IMG/VR virus record: IMGVR_UViG_3300024275_000007
Origin: a virus
Strand: one strand, 5' to 3'
Length of the DNA stretch: 64,000 nucleotides
The notes under the pieces: generated by a model
Told to the model about the DNA's origin: nothing
The model's input: the letters and a program-made list of their open reading frames with translations, nothing else
The model's database searches: none
Program-made: the position numbers and the translations under genes
Shown here: piece after piece, positions 62,436 through 64,000 of the stretch
Layout: every line of letters begins with the position of its first letter
Position numbering within the stretch: the stretch's first letter is position 1

Positions 62436-64000
62436 ATGGCCATGTTCGATGAACCGGCTGCGCCACCGGTAACATTTCGTAAGTTCGATGATATTCCTGG
62501 ACAACGCCAAGATATCTACGATTACGCCCAAAAGGCGATAACAAACTTCAAGCCCATTGAGAACGCCACGCATCGCTTGGAGTTCAGCAATGTCGGTTAC
62601 GACAATGAATACGAACCCGGCATATCCGATGAAAAAGACGCCGTACTGCGGCGTAAGTCCCTGCAACGCGCTCTTAAAGCTGACGTCTCCCTGAAGGACG
62701 CCACGGGTCGTGTTGTGGATCAGCAGCGCATGACTGTTGCTCATGTGCCGCACCTCAATTCTCAGGGCTTATTTGTACGTAATGGTATTCAATACGCCCT
62801 CAGGAATCAGTTACGTCTTCGGCCCGGCATCTATACTAGGGAGCAGCGTAATGGCGGCGTAGAAACGCATTTCAACGCAAAGCCCGGCACCGGCCGTGGC
62901 TTTCGTATTGAACTGGAACCACAATCTGGTCTATTCAAGTTCAAGGTCGATCAGTCAACTACGAGGCTTTATCCTGTATTGAAGTCATTGGGTGTCAGTG
63001 ACGAGTCCATGAAAGCTGCTTGGGGCGAAGAGCTGTTCGATAAGAACTTCCGGGCTCCAAGCGGTCGTGATGACATGGACATGACTAAGCTGGTTCACAA
63101 GCTCAGTCACGTCAAAGGCGACGTCCCCCATGGTGACTTAGCTGAGGTGCTTAAAGCAGCACTGCAACGCTCCCAGGTTGATGAAGACACTACCGAGCTG
63201 ACCCTCGGTGAACGTGTCAAGAACATCACCCCTGATACACTGCTCAAAGCAACGCAGAAGCAGCTCAAGGTAGCCCGTAAAGAAGCTCCCAGTGATAACC
63301 GGGACTCACAGGCATTTCAGTCGTTCCACAATCCTCAGAGTCTCATAGCCGAGCGCCTCGGGAGAGATATCACTGGTTCGCTGCGCCAAGCATTCTGGAG
63401 AGCTTCGCGCAAGGGCTCACTACAACCGATTCAGCCGGGAATGCTGAACAAGAACATCGGGACGATCTTCGAGGGTAGTGGTTTAGCGCAGACCCCTGAA
63501 AACATCAATCCCATGGAAATCCATGACTTACGTCAGGCCATCACCCGTCTCGGTGAAGGTGGGATCCGTAACATCGAGTCCGTTAGTAAAGATGCCCGTA
63601 ACGTCCAGGCCAGTTATTTAGGTGTAATTGACGCCAGTCGTAATCCTGAATCCAGTAACATCGGCGTTGACCTCAGAGCCACCGACGCTGCTCTCCAGGG
63701 CAGCGACGGTCAATTATACACCACCGTCAGAAATCTGAAGACCGGTCAATTGGAGACTGTTTCAGCGCGTAACTTATCGACGAAGACCGTAGCGTTCCCC
63801 GGTGAGATGAGCGGTCCCAATAGACGTGTTGCTGTTGTGCGTAACGACAAAGTCACGCACGCCCCCAAGGAAGAGATCGACTACGAGATCGTCAAGCCCG
63901 ATGATTTGATGTCCCGTGGAACTAGAATCATTCCGTTCCCCGAGGGTGTTAAGGGCCAGCGCCTCCTCATGGGCGCCCGTATGACCCAGCAGGCTGTGCC
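62436..64000 (+). CDS. rpoB: phage DNA-directed RNA polymerase beta-like subunit, 3'-truncated (missing from the track)
   Basis: 521 codons open to the window end. VPHLNSQGLFVRNG...NQLRLRPG, INPME...ITRLGEGG, RNVQASYLG.ID..RNPESSNIGV and IPFPEGVKGQRLLMGARMTQQAV align with conserved RpoB segments. Confidence 0.93.
   Translation, partial: MAMFDEPAAPPVTFRKFDDIPGQRQDIYDYAQKAITNFKPIENATHRLEFSNVGYDNEYEPGISDEKDAVLRRKSLQRALKADVSLKDATGRVVDQQRMTVAHVPHLNSQGLFVRNGIQYALRNQLRLRPGIYTREQRNGGVETHFNAKPGTGRGFRIELEPQSGLFKFKVDQSTTRLYPVLKSLGVSDESMKAAWGEELFDKNFRAPSGRDDMDMTKLVHKLSHVKGDVPHGDLAEVLKAALQRSQVDEDTTELTLGERVKNITPDTLLKATQKQLKVARKEAPSDNRDSQAFQSFHNPQSLIAERLGRDITGSLRQAFWRASRKGSLQPIQPGMLNKNIGTIFEGSGLAQTPENINPMEIHDLRQAITRLGEGGIRNIESVSKDARNVQASYLGVIDASRNPESSNIGVDLRATDAALQGSDGQLYTTVRNLKTGQLETVSARNLSTKTVAFPGEMSGPNRRVAVVRNDKVTHAPKEEIDYEIVKPDDLMSRGTRIIPFPEGVKGQRLLMGARMTQQAV

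Noticed and set aside
1-64000. All minus-strand ORFs in the track (e.g. 9552..10142, 17119..17691, 21202..21735, 54080..54667, 56207..56740)
   Set aside because: Each lies antisense to a well-supported + gene and has no recognisable motif; they are best explained as codon-bias shadows.
1-64000. CRISPR array or mini-array
   Set aside because: Intergenic gaps are nearly all under 60 nt, and I saw no regularly spaced direct repeats.
1-64000. Stop-codon reassignment
   Set aside because: TAA, TGA and TAG all end genes cleanly, and long genes are uninterrupted under the standard code.
62436-64000. Host chromosome junction at rpoB
   Set aside because: The sequence is far too divergent and compact for a bacterial RpoB, and it follows phage genes directly without rplL or other host context.

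Overview
This window is a 64 kb slice of a large tailed dsDNA bacteriophage genome. There are about 125 tightly packed genes, often joined by ATGA or TAATG overlaps, and all credible genes lie on the + strand. (1) 1-20 kb and 23.8-33 kb are accessory or early regions of small ORFs. Recognisable products are dCMP deaminase, DUF932, a HAD phosphatase, a BCS1-like AAA ATPase, NUMOD4, SLOG/DUF2493, an HD hydrolase, DUF1353, a PD-(D/E)XK protein and two HNH endonucleases. These regions also hold several tandem paralog arrays, very acidic mini-proteins, a type IV pilin-like gene and a triple-HTH regulator. (2) 20-23.7 kb is a Thr/Cys-rich module ending in tRNA-Met(CAT). (3) 33.9-45.2 kb contains modular tail-fibre/adhesin genes, including a 2113-aa repeat protein, and ends in tRNA-Asn. 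(4) 45.2-49 kb is a lysis-like membrane cassette plus an Endonuclease VII. (5) 49-64 kb contains a probable portal with a Zn-ribbon insert, a run of glycine-zipper proteins carrying a recurrent K-x-[AGS]-(x)-[DE] motif (one with Nudix domains), a spermidine-synthase-like enzyme, and a phage RNA polymerase beta-like gene that runs off the window end and is absent from the ORF track. All assignments come from motifs recognised by eye; no database searches were run.
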